A stretch of DNA of 52,528 nt from an uncultured Pseudomonadota bacterium (GTDB lineage: Bacteria; Babelota; Babeliae; Babelales; RVW-14): contig CAZBUZ010000001.1 of assembly GCA_964495205.1 (NCBI GenBank), forward strand, positions 1-52,528. Direction: 5' to 3'. The notes beneath the pieces are model-generated. The model saw only the letters and a list, made by a program, of their open reading frames with translations, ran no database searches and was not told the origin of the DNA. The position numbers and the translations under genes are program-made. This document shows, piece after piece, positions 18,664 to 26,378 of the stretch (positions are counted from its first letter, which is position 1; every line of letters begins with the position of its first letter).

Positions 18664-19974
18664 ATGTCGAATGGTTACATTTTATTAAAAAAATCACCGC
18701 CGCTCAGTGGTACTGTTGAACTTGTTGGTGCCAAGAATGCTGTTTTAGTCATTATAGCATCGCTCATTCTTACCAATGGTGTTTCAGTACTTGAAAATGT
18801 ACCCAACTCGACCGATGTTTTACATATGATCAAGCTTCTTGAAGATTTGGGTGCGGTCGTGACTTTTGATCCAGAAAAAAACATATTAACCGTTGACACG
18901 AAGAGCATTTGTCGTTTTGAAGTAAAGCCAGAAATTATGAATAAAATGCGCGCATCCATACTTGTCGCAGGACCTCTCCTGGCTCGATTTGGCAAGGCGA
19001 AAGTTGCTTTTCCTGGCGGTTGTCTTCTGGGTGCTCGTCCAATTGATTATCATCTTAATGGTTTTAAAAAAATGGGCACGTTGGTTGAAATGCACGATTA
19101 CTTTATTGATCTTACGCTCAAGTCATATCAAGAGCTGCCTAAGCTTACAAGACTTGTTCTTGAATATCCAAGTGTTGGTGCAACAGAAAACCTTATGATG
19201 CTTGCTGCTTTGGGCAAGGGGGAAACCGAGATTGTGAACGCGGCTATTGAGCCCGAGGTTCTTGATCTGATTGATATTTTAACCAAAATGGGGGCTAAGA
19301 TTGATTGCTCACAGGGGCAAGTTATTCGCATCAAAGGTGTCGAAAAACTCAATCCTGTGCGGCATGCCATCATCCCAGATCGATTGGAAGCCGGGACCAT
19401 TCTTTTGGCTGCTGCTATTACTGGTGGCCAGGTATCGCTTCCTGACGCGCGAGCCGATCATATGGATTTGTTTTTAGAAAAATTAAGAGAAATGGGCCAT
19501 CAGGTTGTTGCTGGGAGCAATGCTACTGCTGAACTTCCATATAAAGGCATCAGTTTTGTGGCAACACAAAGCCCAGTTGCTGTTCATTTTAAAACGACCC
19601 CTTATCCTGGATTTCCAACTGATTTACAAGCGCCGACTATGGCTGTTTTAAGTATCGCCAATGGAGCGAGTGTTGTTGAAGAAACGGTTTTTGAAAACCG
19701 CCTTTTGCACATTAAAGAGTTGCAAAAAATGGGGGCTCAAATAACGCGAGAAAATGAGCAAAAAGCGACAGTTCGTGGCGTTGAGATGCTTTATGGTACG
19801 GAGGTTATTGCCACCGATATTCGCGCTTCATGCGCCTTAGTTTTGGCTGGCCTTGTTGCTCAAGGGCAGACTAAAATTACCGGTATACATCATTGGCGTC
19901 GTGGGTATGACAAACTTGAACACAAGCTGGCGGCGATGGGGGCGCTTATCGAAGTAGTCGAAGAAGTATATTAG
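18664..19974 (+). CDS. murA: UDP-N-acetylglucosamine 1-carboxyvinyltransferase
   Basis: About 436 aa. It has GAKNAVL, the active-site loop FPGGCLLGARPID and a C-terminal RGYDKLEHKL. The ATG at 18664 is preceded by GGGAGA. Confidence 0.93.
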   Translation: MSNGYILLKKSPPLSGTVELVGAKNAVLVIIASLILTNGVSVLENVPNSTDVLHMIKLLEDLGAVVTFDPEKNILTVDTKSICRFEVKPEIMNKMRASILVAGPLLARFGKAKVAFPGGCLLGARPIDYHLNGFKKMGTLVEMHDYFIDLTLKSYQELPKLTRLVLEYPSVGATENLMMLAALGKGETEIVNAAIEPEVLDLIDILTKMGAKIDCSQGQVIRIKGVEKLNPVRHAIIPDRLEAGTILLAAAITGGQVSLPDARADHMDLFLEKLREMGHQVVAGSNATAELPYKGISFVATQSPVAVHFKTTPYPGFPTDLQAPTMAVLSIANGASVVEETVFENRLLHIKELQKMGAQITRENEQKATVRGVEMLYGTEVIATDIRASCALVLAGLVAQGQTKITGIHHWRRGYDKLEHKLAAMGALIEVVEEVY

Positions 19975-20023
19975 GCCGCGCTTTCGAATAAAAACGTCAA
20001 AAATGATGTGTCTTGGTTAAAAA

Positions 20024-20938
20024 TTAATAGTGCCCTAAAAAGCCAGCAGAAAGCTCGGAAACTTCTTTGGTGATCGCAGCCTGGCGAGCTTTATTGTATT
20101 GCATGGTTAGTCGCTCAAGGTATTTTTCGGCATTGGTGGTTGAACTATCCATGGCCAAAAATCGTGCTGAATATTCAGAGAGAAGTGACTGGAATAGCAT
20201 GTCGATGAGCGAGCATCGTAGGTATCCGGCTGAAAGAACTTCTAAAATTTCTTCATTGCTTTGTTCCCAGATAATCTCATCGTTGTCATGGTTGCTGTAG
20301 ACTTCCTTGGGGTTTTCTTGACCACTCGCTTCTTCTTGTTTAACTATGGCTGTTGTTTGTGCAACCGTTAAGGGGATGATGGTTGCCTTGCGCGGGCGCT
20401 GGCTAAAGAATGAATATCGTTGAGTGCCAAAAAGTGAAACAGATGAATAACGTCTTGGAGCGTTGCAGATTTTTTCTACAAGTGCGTCGGCAATGGTTAT
20501 GAAATTGTTGGAATTTAACTCATTATAGCTGTATTCGATGGGGCCCCAATTTTGTTCTTTGATGAACTTGTTGCCCTTGCTGCCGACGGTGATAAAATTT
20601 GTTTTTTTGTGATCCTTGCTTGAGAAAGCAATTTCGAGTTGACGAAAGAGGTTGGAGTTCAGACTGCCACAAAGACCTTTAGAGCTTGAAATGACAATGA
20701 CGAGAGGGTTGGTGTCTAAAAGGTCATCTGGTTGCAACGTTGGGTTTTTCCATGTTGGCGCATAGCGCAAATGTTCGAGAAAAAAATTACGCAATGATGT
20801 GGTATAATATTTTAATGTGGCATCTTGTTTTTCAAGTTTTGAATAGAGTGACATGGAAACCAAGCGAATAGCATGTGTAACTTTCTTCGTTGTTTGTATT
20901 GACTTAATTTTTTGTCTGAGATGGGCAAGTTGAGACAC
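20024..20938 (-). CDS. atpG: F1Fo ATP synthase subunit gamma
   Basis: 304 aa. The N-terminal helix is LRQKIKSIQTTKKVTHAIRLVSMS, there is a KGLCGSLNSNLF motif, and the C-terminal helix is YNKARQAAITKEVSELSAG. Confidence 0.88.
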   Translation of the reverse strand: MSQLAHLRQKIKSIQTTKKVTHAIRLVSMSLYSKLEKQDATLKYYTTSLRNFFLEHLRYAPTWKNPTLQPDDLLDTNPLVIVISSSKGLCGSLNSNLFRQLEIAFSSKDHKKTNFITVGSKGNKFIKEQNWGPIEYSYNELNSNNFITIADALVEKICNAPRRYSSVSLFGTQRYSFFSQRPRKATIIPLTVAQTTAIVKQEEASGQENPKEVYSNHDNDEIIWEQSNEEILEVLSAGYLRCSLIDMLFQSLLSEYSARFLAMDSSTTNAEKYLERLTMQYNKARQAAITKEVSELSAGFLGHY

Positions 20939-21105
20939 TATCGACCTCGAATGCTAAAAAAGATTTATCCCTTCCTACAAAGAGGTTAGCTCAAATTTAT
21001 TTTTTTAACAATGCCTAATCTTATAACTTAGTTCTGGACGAGTTATGCGACGATAGCATAAACTAAGAATAAAATGAGAAGTGATTGTTTGTTGCATGGG
21101 GGTGC

Positions 21106-21750
21106 ATGGTGATAGTTGTTATCGACGGATATAATCTTCTTAAACAAATTTTTCCTGGCGCAAAAGGGGTTTTGGACGCGCAGCGCAATCAATTTGTTCG
21201 ACAGTTTGGTTATTACAAGCGAAAAAAAGGGAAAGACATAAAAGAAATTATTGTCGTTTTTGACGCGGGACCGTTTGGGCACGCGACGCGTGAGGTTAAG
21301 CATGGTATTGTTGTCATTTATTCCGGTCAGCGGCGAAGTGCCGATGATTGGATCATTGAGTTTGCCGAGCGCAAAAAAGGAGAAGACATTCTTGTTGTTA
21401 CCATGGACAGGAAGCTTATTGCGGAGTGCGGAAAGTATGGTGCCAGTGCCTTGAATAGTGTTGAGTTTTATCGATTGATGCAGGAATGTCTTTTTGAGGA
21501 TACCGTGCGGTCCTCAGGTCAGTCTTCATCACCAGGTCATGCGATTGAGAAGTATGAATCCGTTGCGTTAGAGGAGCATGAGGAGTTATTGATCGATCGC
21601 AATGCATTGGACTTACTCATGGAACAGGAAAGCGTTGTCGTTCCTAAGGATGTTGGCGAGGAGAAGGCGCATGAGCGACGCAAGGGGCGTGGGACTGCGC
21701 TTTCCAAGAAGGAAAAAAAGGCTTATGCTAAGCTAAAAAAATTACGCTAA
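21106..21750 (+). CDS. NYN-domain ribonuclease of the YacP/Rae1 family with charged C-terminal tail
   Basis: VIDGYNLL, IIVVFDAG, SADDWIIE and LVVTMDRKL align by eye with B. subtilis YacP (Rae1). The track ORF starts at 21085, and ATG 21106 is the preferred start. Confidence 0.7.
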   Translation: MVIVVIDGYNLLKQIFPGAKGVLDAQRNQFVRQFGYYKRKKGKDIKEIIVVFDAGPFGHATREVKHGIVVIYSGQRRSADDWIIEFAERKKGEDILVVTMDRKLIAECGKYGASALNSVEFYRLMQECLFEDTVRSSGQSSSPGHAIEKYESVALEEHEELLIDRNALDLLMEQESVVVPKDVGEEKAHERRKGRGTALSKKEKKAYAKLKKLR

Positions 21751-21753
21751 TGG

Positions 21754-22200
21754 GTGAAAAAGATGCTGCTAAAACAAAATGATATGCCAACGTTCGTCAA
21801 AAAACAGATATTGCCGTTGCTTAAAGATTATAGCATTTTAACATTTACTGGCCCGTTGGGTGCGGGTAAAACAACACTTATTCGTGAAATTTTGCATCAA
21901 TCTGGGGTTGCAGATCATGTAACAAGTCCTACTTTTGGATATGTTAAAAGTTACGTTGGAACTCATGGCCATTGCTTTTATCATTTTGACCTTTATCGTA
22001 TTGATTCGGTTGATTCATTTATTAACGCAGGTTTTGACGAATATTTAATGCAGAAAAACTGTACGTGTTTAATTGAATGGCCAGAGGTGATAGAGCCATT
22101 GCTTGAAACATCGCAAATAAAAGAGAATGTTGTTAATGTTGCTTTAAATTACGATTTGGTCGATTTATCGAGTAGAGAGATCACGATTCTTTCTATGTAA
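21754..22200 (+). CDS. tsaE: t6A biosynthesis ATPase TsaE (YjeE)
   Basis: 148 aa with Walker A GPLGAGKTTLIREI, SPTFGYV and HFDLYR motifs. The start is GTG at 21754 or ATG at 21763. Confidence 0.85.
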   Translation: MKKMLLKQNDMPTFVKKQILPLLKDYSILTFTGPLGAGKTTLIREILHQSGVADHVTSPTFGYVKSYVGTHGHCFYHFDLYRIDSVDSFINAGFDEYLMQKNCTCLIEWPEVIEPLLETSQIKENVVNVALNYDLVDLSSREITILSM

Positions 22201-22225
22201 ATTTTTTTAATTTTTTCAAAAAAAG

Positions 22226-22253
22226 TTGAAATCTTTGTTAAACTCTCTATTAT
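22226..22253 (+). promoter_or_regulatory. candidate sigma70-type promoter for the tRNA-rpmG-secE-nusG-rpl cluster
   Basis: TTGAAA (22226-22231), a 16-nt spacer and TATTAT (22248-22253). The site is about 65 nt upstream of tRNA-Tyr. Confidence 0.4.
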
Positions 22254-22319
22254 TTTAGATACGTTTCACCTGACATCTTACGTGAGTGATGACTCTTTTT
22301 GGATAGAATGAGTTTGTAT

Positions 22320-22404
22320 GGGGAGATTCCCGAGCGGTCAAAGGGGACGGACTGTAAATCCGTTGGCTTAGCCTTCGTAGGTTCGAATCCTACTCTCCCC
22401 ACCA
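22320..22404 (+). tRNA. tRNA-Tyr (anticodon GTA), long variable arm, CCA encoded
   Basis: The acceptor is GGGGAGA/TCTCCCC, the anticodon loop is CTGTAAA and the T-loop is TTCGAAT. It has a class II variable arm. Confidence 0.9.
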
Positions 22405-22537
22405 TCTTTTTGGGTTTTTCACGATCATGCGTCCAAAAATGTCTATAATTGATATTTCTTTGTTGATGTGCATGAAAATTCATGTATATTGATGTCTGTT
22501 GGCCGATTGTGTGTTAGTTTGAGGCTAGAAAACGACT

Positions 22538-22614
22538 GCGGGAATAGCTCAATTGGCTAGAGCGACAGCCTTCCAAGCTGTAGGTTGCGGGTTCGAGACC
22601 CGTTTCCCGCTCCA
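22538..22614 (+). tRNA. tRNA-Gly (anticodon TCC), CCA encoded
   Basis: The acceptor is GCGGGAA/TTCCCGC, the anticodon stem is ACAGC/GCTGT and the loop is CTTCCAA. Confidence 0.9.
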
Positions 22615-22619
22615 GATGT

Positions 22620-22695
22620 GCTGGCATAGCTCAGTTGGTAGAGCAGCTGATTTGTAATCAGCAGGTCGCTGGTTCAAGTCCAGTTGCCAGCTCCA
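22620..22695 (+). tRNA. tRNA-Thr (anticodon TGT), CCA encoded
   Basis: The acceptor is GCTGGCA/TGCCAGC, the anticodon stem is GCTGA/TCAGC and the loop is TTTGTAA. Confidence 0.9.
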
Positions 22696-22837
22696 TAAAA
22701 TGAACTAAGAAATTACTCCTTGTAAGGGTGTATTTTTCATAGTTTTTCTTTCATAAATTGTATTTGGCGCTATACTACACATGAGAGACCGTAGGGTATT
22801 GGGAAACTTTGAACTTGAGAATACAGATCTAGATTGG

Positions 22838-22913
22838 GCCCACGTAGCTCAGTTGGTAGAGCATTCCCATGGTAAGGGAAAGGTCACCGGTTCAATTCCG
22901 GTCGCGGGCTCCA
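22838..22913 (+). tRNA. tRNA-Thr (anticodon GGT), CCA encoded
   Basis: The acceptor is GCCCACG/CGCGGGC with one A-C mismatch. The anticodon stem is TTCCC/GGGAA and the loop is ATGGTAA. Confidence 0.85.
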
Positions 22914-22949
22914 TAAAAAAGTAAACGTTGACGTAGCGAAAGTTTGAAC

Positions 22950-23108
22950 ATGGCAAAAAATAGAACAATAATTCATCTAGAATGTGAAGAGTGTGGGCTT
23001 AGAAATTACAATAAGAGGGTTTCTAAGAAGCGCGCTTTTGGCAAGTTAACGCTCAAGAAGTACTGTGCCAAGTGTCGTAAGCATATTGCGCACAAGGAAA
23101 CGAAGTAA
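22950..23108 (+). CDS. rpmG: 50S ribosomal protein L33 (zinc-binding form)
   Basis: My translation is MAKNRTIIHLECEECGLRNYNKRVSKKRAFGKLTLKKYCAKCRKHIAHKETK (52 aa). It is below the ORF-track cutoff and sits in the classical position before tRNA-Trp and secE. Confidence 0.9.
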   Translation: MAKNRTIIHLECEECGLRNYNKRVSKKRAFGKLTLKKYCAKCRKHIAHKETK

Positions 23109-23114
23109 AGAGTT

Positions 23115-23190
23115 AGGCCAGTAGCTCTAATGGTAGAGCGACGGACTCCAAATCCGTGCGTTGGGGGTTCGAATCCCTCCTGGCCTGCCA
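23115..23190 (+). tRNA. tRNA-Trp (anticodon CCA), CCA encoded
   Basis: The acceptor is AGGCCAG/CTGGCCT, the anticodon stem is ACGGA/TCCGT and the loop is CTCCAAA. Confidence 0.9.
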
Positions 23191-23217
23191 AGTATCACAC
23201 GGTAAAGGTGGCTTGAT

Positions 23218-23400
23218 ATGAGTAAGATTATGAGTTTTGTCAACGAGGTTAAGTCGGAATTAAAAAGAGTAACGTGGCCAACGCGAGAAGAGTTGATAGG
23301 TTCGACAATCATCGTTTGTATTCTTGTTGTGGTGTTTGCCGTTATTCTTGGTTCAATGGATGCCCTATTCACTGTTCTTGTTAGGAACATCGTAAGTTAA
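23218..23400 (+). CDS. secE: preprotein translocase subunit SecE
   Basis: 60 aa with the ELKRVTWPTREEL motif followed by a single TM. It sits in the conserved position before nusG. Confidence 0.9.
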   Translation: MSKIMSFVNEVKSELKRVTWPTREELIGSTIIVCILVVVFAVILGSMDALFTVLVRNIVS

Positions 23401-23437
23401 ATAAATGATAACGATAGAAAACAGGTAAAGTTAAACA

Positions 23438-23956
23438 ATGAAGCGTTGGTATGTGGTACAGGTTTTTACGGGGTTTGAGGACTTGGTAAAAACCGATTTG
23501 GAAAAAAGAATTCAGGAAGAAGGTCTGCAGGATTTATTTGGACAAGTCTTGGTTCCAACGGGGGAAGTTCTGAGCTTTTTTGCAGAAAACAAAAACAAGA
23601 AAGAAAAAATATTTCCAGGATATCTACTTATCAATATGGAGATGACTGGGGATACGTTTCGTCTTGTTGCATCCAATCCACGCATCACGAGGTTCTTGGG
23701 TGGGGAGAGTCCGATGCCTCTGACGAGTAAGGAAGTTGAGCGTATCTTTGCTCAGATGGAGGGCAAGCTTGTTGTCTCAGATGAAAAAGCATTGTTTGCG
23801 ATTGGGAATGAGGTTCATATTAGCAGTGGGCCATTTTCGGGATTTGTTGGCATCATTGATAAAGTTGATGAAGACAGAGAGCGGGTTACTGTCATGGTAA
23901 GCATTTTTGGACGCTTAACACCCGTTGAGTTAGGTTTTGATCAGGTTAAGAAGTAA
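23438..23956 (+). CDS. nusG: transcription termination/antitermination factor NusG
   Basis: 172 aa with an NGN domain (WYVVQVFTGFE) and a KOW motif (GNEVHISSGPFSGFVGIIDKV). Confidence 0.95.
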   Translation: MKRWYVVQVFTGFEDLVKTDLEKRIQEEGLQDLFGQVLVPTGEVLSFFAENKNKKEKIFPGYLLINMEMTGDTFRLVASNPRITRFLGGESPMPLTSKEVERIFAQMEGKLVVSDEKALFAIGNEVHISSGPFSGFVGIIDKVDEDRERVTVMVSIFGRLTPVELGFDQVKK

Positions 23957-23987
23957 TAGTAGAAAAAACACATAGGCAGGTGGTTGT

Positions 23988-24416
23988 ATGTCAAAGAAAC
24001 CAGTAAAGGCAACACTCAAGCTACAGATCCAGGCGGCAAGTGCCACTCCAGCGCCACCCGTTGGTTCTTCCTTGGGGCAGCATGGCGTTAATATTATGGA
24101 TTTTTGCAAAAAATTTAATGCTGCAACGGCAAGTCGTAAAGGTGAAACGGTTCCCGTTTTAATTACTATTTACACGGACAAGACGTTTGAATTTGTTTTA
24201 AAGACGGCTCCTGTTTCTGAGTTGCTTAAAAAGCGAGCCAACATTCAATTGGGTGCGAAGAATCCTGGCAAAGAACAGGCTGGAACAGTCAAATGGAAAG
24301 ACGTTGAAGAGATTGCAAAAATTAAGATGCCTGACCTCAACGCTTGCGATATAGAAGCAGCAAAAAAAATTGTTGCAGGTAGCGCGCGAAGCATGGGGCT
24401 TGCGGTTGTTGATTAG
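23988..24416 (+). CDS. rplK: 50S ribosomal protein L11
   Basis: 142 aa with PAPPVGSSLGQHGVNIMDFCKKFN. Confidence 0.96.
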   Translation: MSKKPVKATLKLQIQAASATPAPPVGSSLGQHGVNIMDFCKKFNAATASRKGETVPVLITIYTDKTFEFVLKTAPVSELLKKRANIQLGAKNPGKEQAGTVKWKDVEEIAKIKMPDLNACDIEAAKKIVAGSARSMGLAVVD

Positions 24417-24466
24417 TTTGTGATTAAGTTTTAGTGGTATAGGTTCGTTAACTGTGGATAAAAACA

Positions 24467-25159
24467 ATGAATAAAGCAGGAAAAAAACACGTAAAAGCAC
24501 AGGAGAAGCTAGCTGCTGCAAACGTTACAACATGGAAATCGGCTTTGGATTTTGTTGTGAAGAATGCGCATGCGAAGTTTGATGAATCAGTTGATGTCGA
24601 TGCGGTTCTTGGTATTGACGCTTCAAAGGGTGAGCAAACGGTGCGAGGTTCTGTTCTTCTTCCTCATGGAACAGGCAAAAAAGTTCGCGTTGTTGTTTTT
24701 GCTAAGGGGGAACACGAAGAAGCGGCCAAGAAAGCAGGCGCTGATTTTGTTGGAGCAGAAGATCTTGTGGAAAAGATTGAAGGTGGATGGTCAGATTTTG
24801 AGGCTGCTGTGGCAACGCCTGATTTAATGGGGCTTGTTGGTAAAGTAGCTAAAATTCTTGGTCCTCGAGGGTTGCTTCCAAATAAAAAAGTTGGAACAGT
24901 TACCTTTGATGTTGCGGGTATTGTTTCAGATCTCAAAAAGGGTCGCGTTTCTTTTAGAAATGATAAAACCGGTATCGTTCATGCCCCATTTGGCAAAGTT
25001 TCATTTGGTGCAGAAAAATTACAGGAAAATCTTGCCGCGTTGGTTAAGGCGATACAAGCTAGTAAGCCGGCTACCGCTAAGGGTAAGTATCTTAAGAAAC
25101 TTGTGGTTTCATCGACCATGGGGGTTGGGGTTGTTCTTAATCCTGATGAAATGCCATAA
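24467..25159 (+). CDS. rplA: 50S ribosomal protein L1
   Basis: 230 aa with FDESVDV, LPHGTGK and the LGPRGLLPNKKVGTVT motif. Confidence 0.96.
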   Translation: MNKAGKKHVKAQEKLAAANVTTWKSALDFVVKNAHAKFDESVDVDAVLGIDASKGEQTVRGSVLLPHGTGKKVRVVVFAKGEHEEAAKKAGADFVGAEDLVEKIEGGWSDFEAAVATPDLMGLVGKVAKILGPRGLLPNKKVGTVTFDVAGIVSDLKKGRVSFRNDKTGIVHAPFGKVSFGAEKLQENLAALVKAIQASKPATAKGKYLKKLVVSSTMGVGVVLNPDEMP

Positions 25160-25185
25160 CGGATCTGATTAACAAAGGAACTAAG

Positions 25186-25701
25186 ATGAATCGTCAACAA
25201 AAAGAAATTGCTATTTCAAACTGTAAGCAGCTATTCTCTGAATCCCAAGCAGCGTTTCTTGTTAACTATAAAGGGTTAAGCGTTGCCCTTATACAAGAGT
25301 TGCGAAGAAAATTGCGCGAAGCTAATGGTTCTTTGAAGGTGACTAAGGCCACCCTTATGAGAATAGCAGCTGATGATATTGATGGCATTGCTGAGTTTAA
25401 AGGCCAATTTAAAGATCAAGTGGGGCTTGTTTTTGCCAAGGGAGATGTTCCTTCGGTGGCAAAAAGTCTTTTTGAATTTTCCAAAGAAAATTCATCGCTG
25501 CAAATATTGTCGGGCTTTTTTGAGTCAAAGGTTCTAAGTAGTCAAGAATTTGAGATGCTTGCTAGCCTGCCTTCGCGAGAAGTGCTCTTGGCTCAGGTTG
25601 CTGGTACCATCAAGGCTCCGCTTACCTCTTTGGCGAGTGTTCTCAATCAAGTCCTTGTTAAACCTTTATATGCTATCAAGCAAATAGCAGAAAAGCAGTA
25701 G
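25186..25701 (+). CDS. rplJ: 50S ribosomal protein L10
   Basis: 171 aa. The call rests on its position between rplA and rplL and on L10-like N-terminal segments (LVNYKGLSVALIQELRRKLRE). Confidence 0.9.
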   Translation: MNRQQKEIAISNCKQLFSESQAAFLVNYKGLSVALIQELRRKLREANGSLKVTKATLMRIAADDIDGIAEFKGQFKDQVGLVFAKGDVPSVAKSLFEFSKENSSLQILSGFFESKVLSSQEFEMLASLPSREVLLAQVAGTIKAPLTSLASVLNQVLVKPLYAIKQIAEKQ

Positions 25702-25717
25702 AAACCTTGGTTTTTTA

Positions 25718-25770
25718 TGATATACTTTAGAAAGCCTTATGAGTTCTTGGGGGAGTTCTAAAGTATATCA
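25718..25770 (+). other. 15-bp perfect hairpin in the rplJ-rplL spacer
   Basis: TGATATACTTTAGAA (25718-25732) and TTCTAAAGTATATCA (25756-25770) are exact reverse complements separated by a 23-nt loop. No T-tract follows. Confidence 0.6.
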
Positions 25771-25837
25771 GTAATGATATGTGTTGAATTTGAAAATAAA
25801 TAGTGTTTAAGTTGTTTTATCGTAAGGGAGTTTTTCT

Positions 25838-26221
25838 ATGTCAGCAACGATGAAAATAGTCGATGAAATTAGCAAATTGTCCGTTATGGAACTTGCTGAG
25901 CTTGTTAAGGCTTTAGAAGATAAGTTTGGTGTGACCGCAGCAGCTCCAGTAGCCGCAGTTGCTATGCCAGCAGCAGGCGCAGGTGCAGCTCCAGCAGCCG
26001 CAGAAGAAAAAAGTGAATACAAAGTAACGATGAAAGAAGCCGGTTCAGACAAGATTAAGGTTATTAAAGCATTAAGATCGGTTTCTACATTGTCATTGGG
26101 TGCTGCTAAGGAAGCTGTTGAAAATGCACCATTTGTTGTTGCTGAAGCAGCAGCTAAAGAAGATGCTCAAAAAATTAAGAAGGCTTTGGAAGAGGCTGGA
26201 GCAAAAGTAGAGCTTTCTTAA
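25838..26221 (+). CDS. rplL: 50S ribosomal protein L7/L12
   Basis: 127 aa with an N-terminal dimerisation helix, an Ala/Pro hinge (AAAPVAAVAMPAAGAGAAPAAAEEK) and a conserved CTD (KIKVIKALR ... LGAAKEAVE). Confidence 0.96.
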   Translation: MSATMKIVDEISKLSVMELAELVKALEDKFGVTAAAPVAAVAMPAAGAGAAPAAAEEKSEYKVTMKEAGSDKIKVIKALRSVSTLSLGAAKEAVENAPFVVAEAAAKEDAQKIKKALEEAGAKVELS

Positions 26222-26250
26222 TTTTGATTTTGATAATGAGATTTAAAAAG

Positions 26251-26300
26251 GGAAGCCGTTTTGGGCGCTTGGGTGTGTTTGAAACGGACTTCCATTTTTT
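26251..26300 (+). terminator. terminator-like attenuator hairpin between rplL and rpoB
   Basis: GGAAGCCGTTT (26251-26261) pairs with AAACGGACTTCC (26282-26293), giving 11 bp with one bulged A. It is followed by ATTTTTTGCTCTTTT. Confidence 0.5.
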
Positions 26301-26378
26301 GCTCTTTTCGACAATGAACAAATGTAATATGATGGCTCGGTAGTTTTTTTGTGGTTTTTTTAGGGTAGGAGCGATTGA

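Noticed and set aside
22914-22949. A possible deleted or pseudogenised tuf between tRNA-Thr(GGT) and rpmG
   Set aside because: The gap is only 36 nt and contains no tuf-like remnant. tuf is simply absent from this locus, not decayed here.
22250-23390. Minus-strand ORFs 22250..22483, 23006..23191 and 23127..23390
   Set aside because: They overlap tRNA-Tyr, rpmG, tRNA-Trp and secE on the opposite strand. They are artefacts of the structured GC-richer tRNA sequence.
24453-24461. A perfect DnaA-box sequence, TGTGGATAA, in the rplK-rplA spacer
   Set aside because: It is a single isolated 9-mer inside a ribosomal protein operon. There is no cluster of boxes, no AT-rich unwinding element and no dnaA/dnaN nearby, so it is most likely chance.
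25807-26052. An 81-aa minus-strand ORF opposite rplL
   Set aside because: It is the Ala-rich mirror of the L7/L12 hinge (GCN codons read on the reverse strand). rplL itself is unambiguous.
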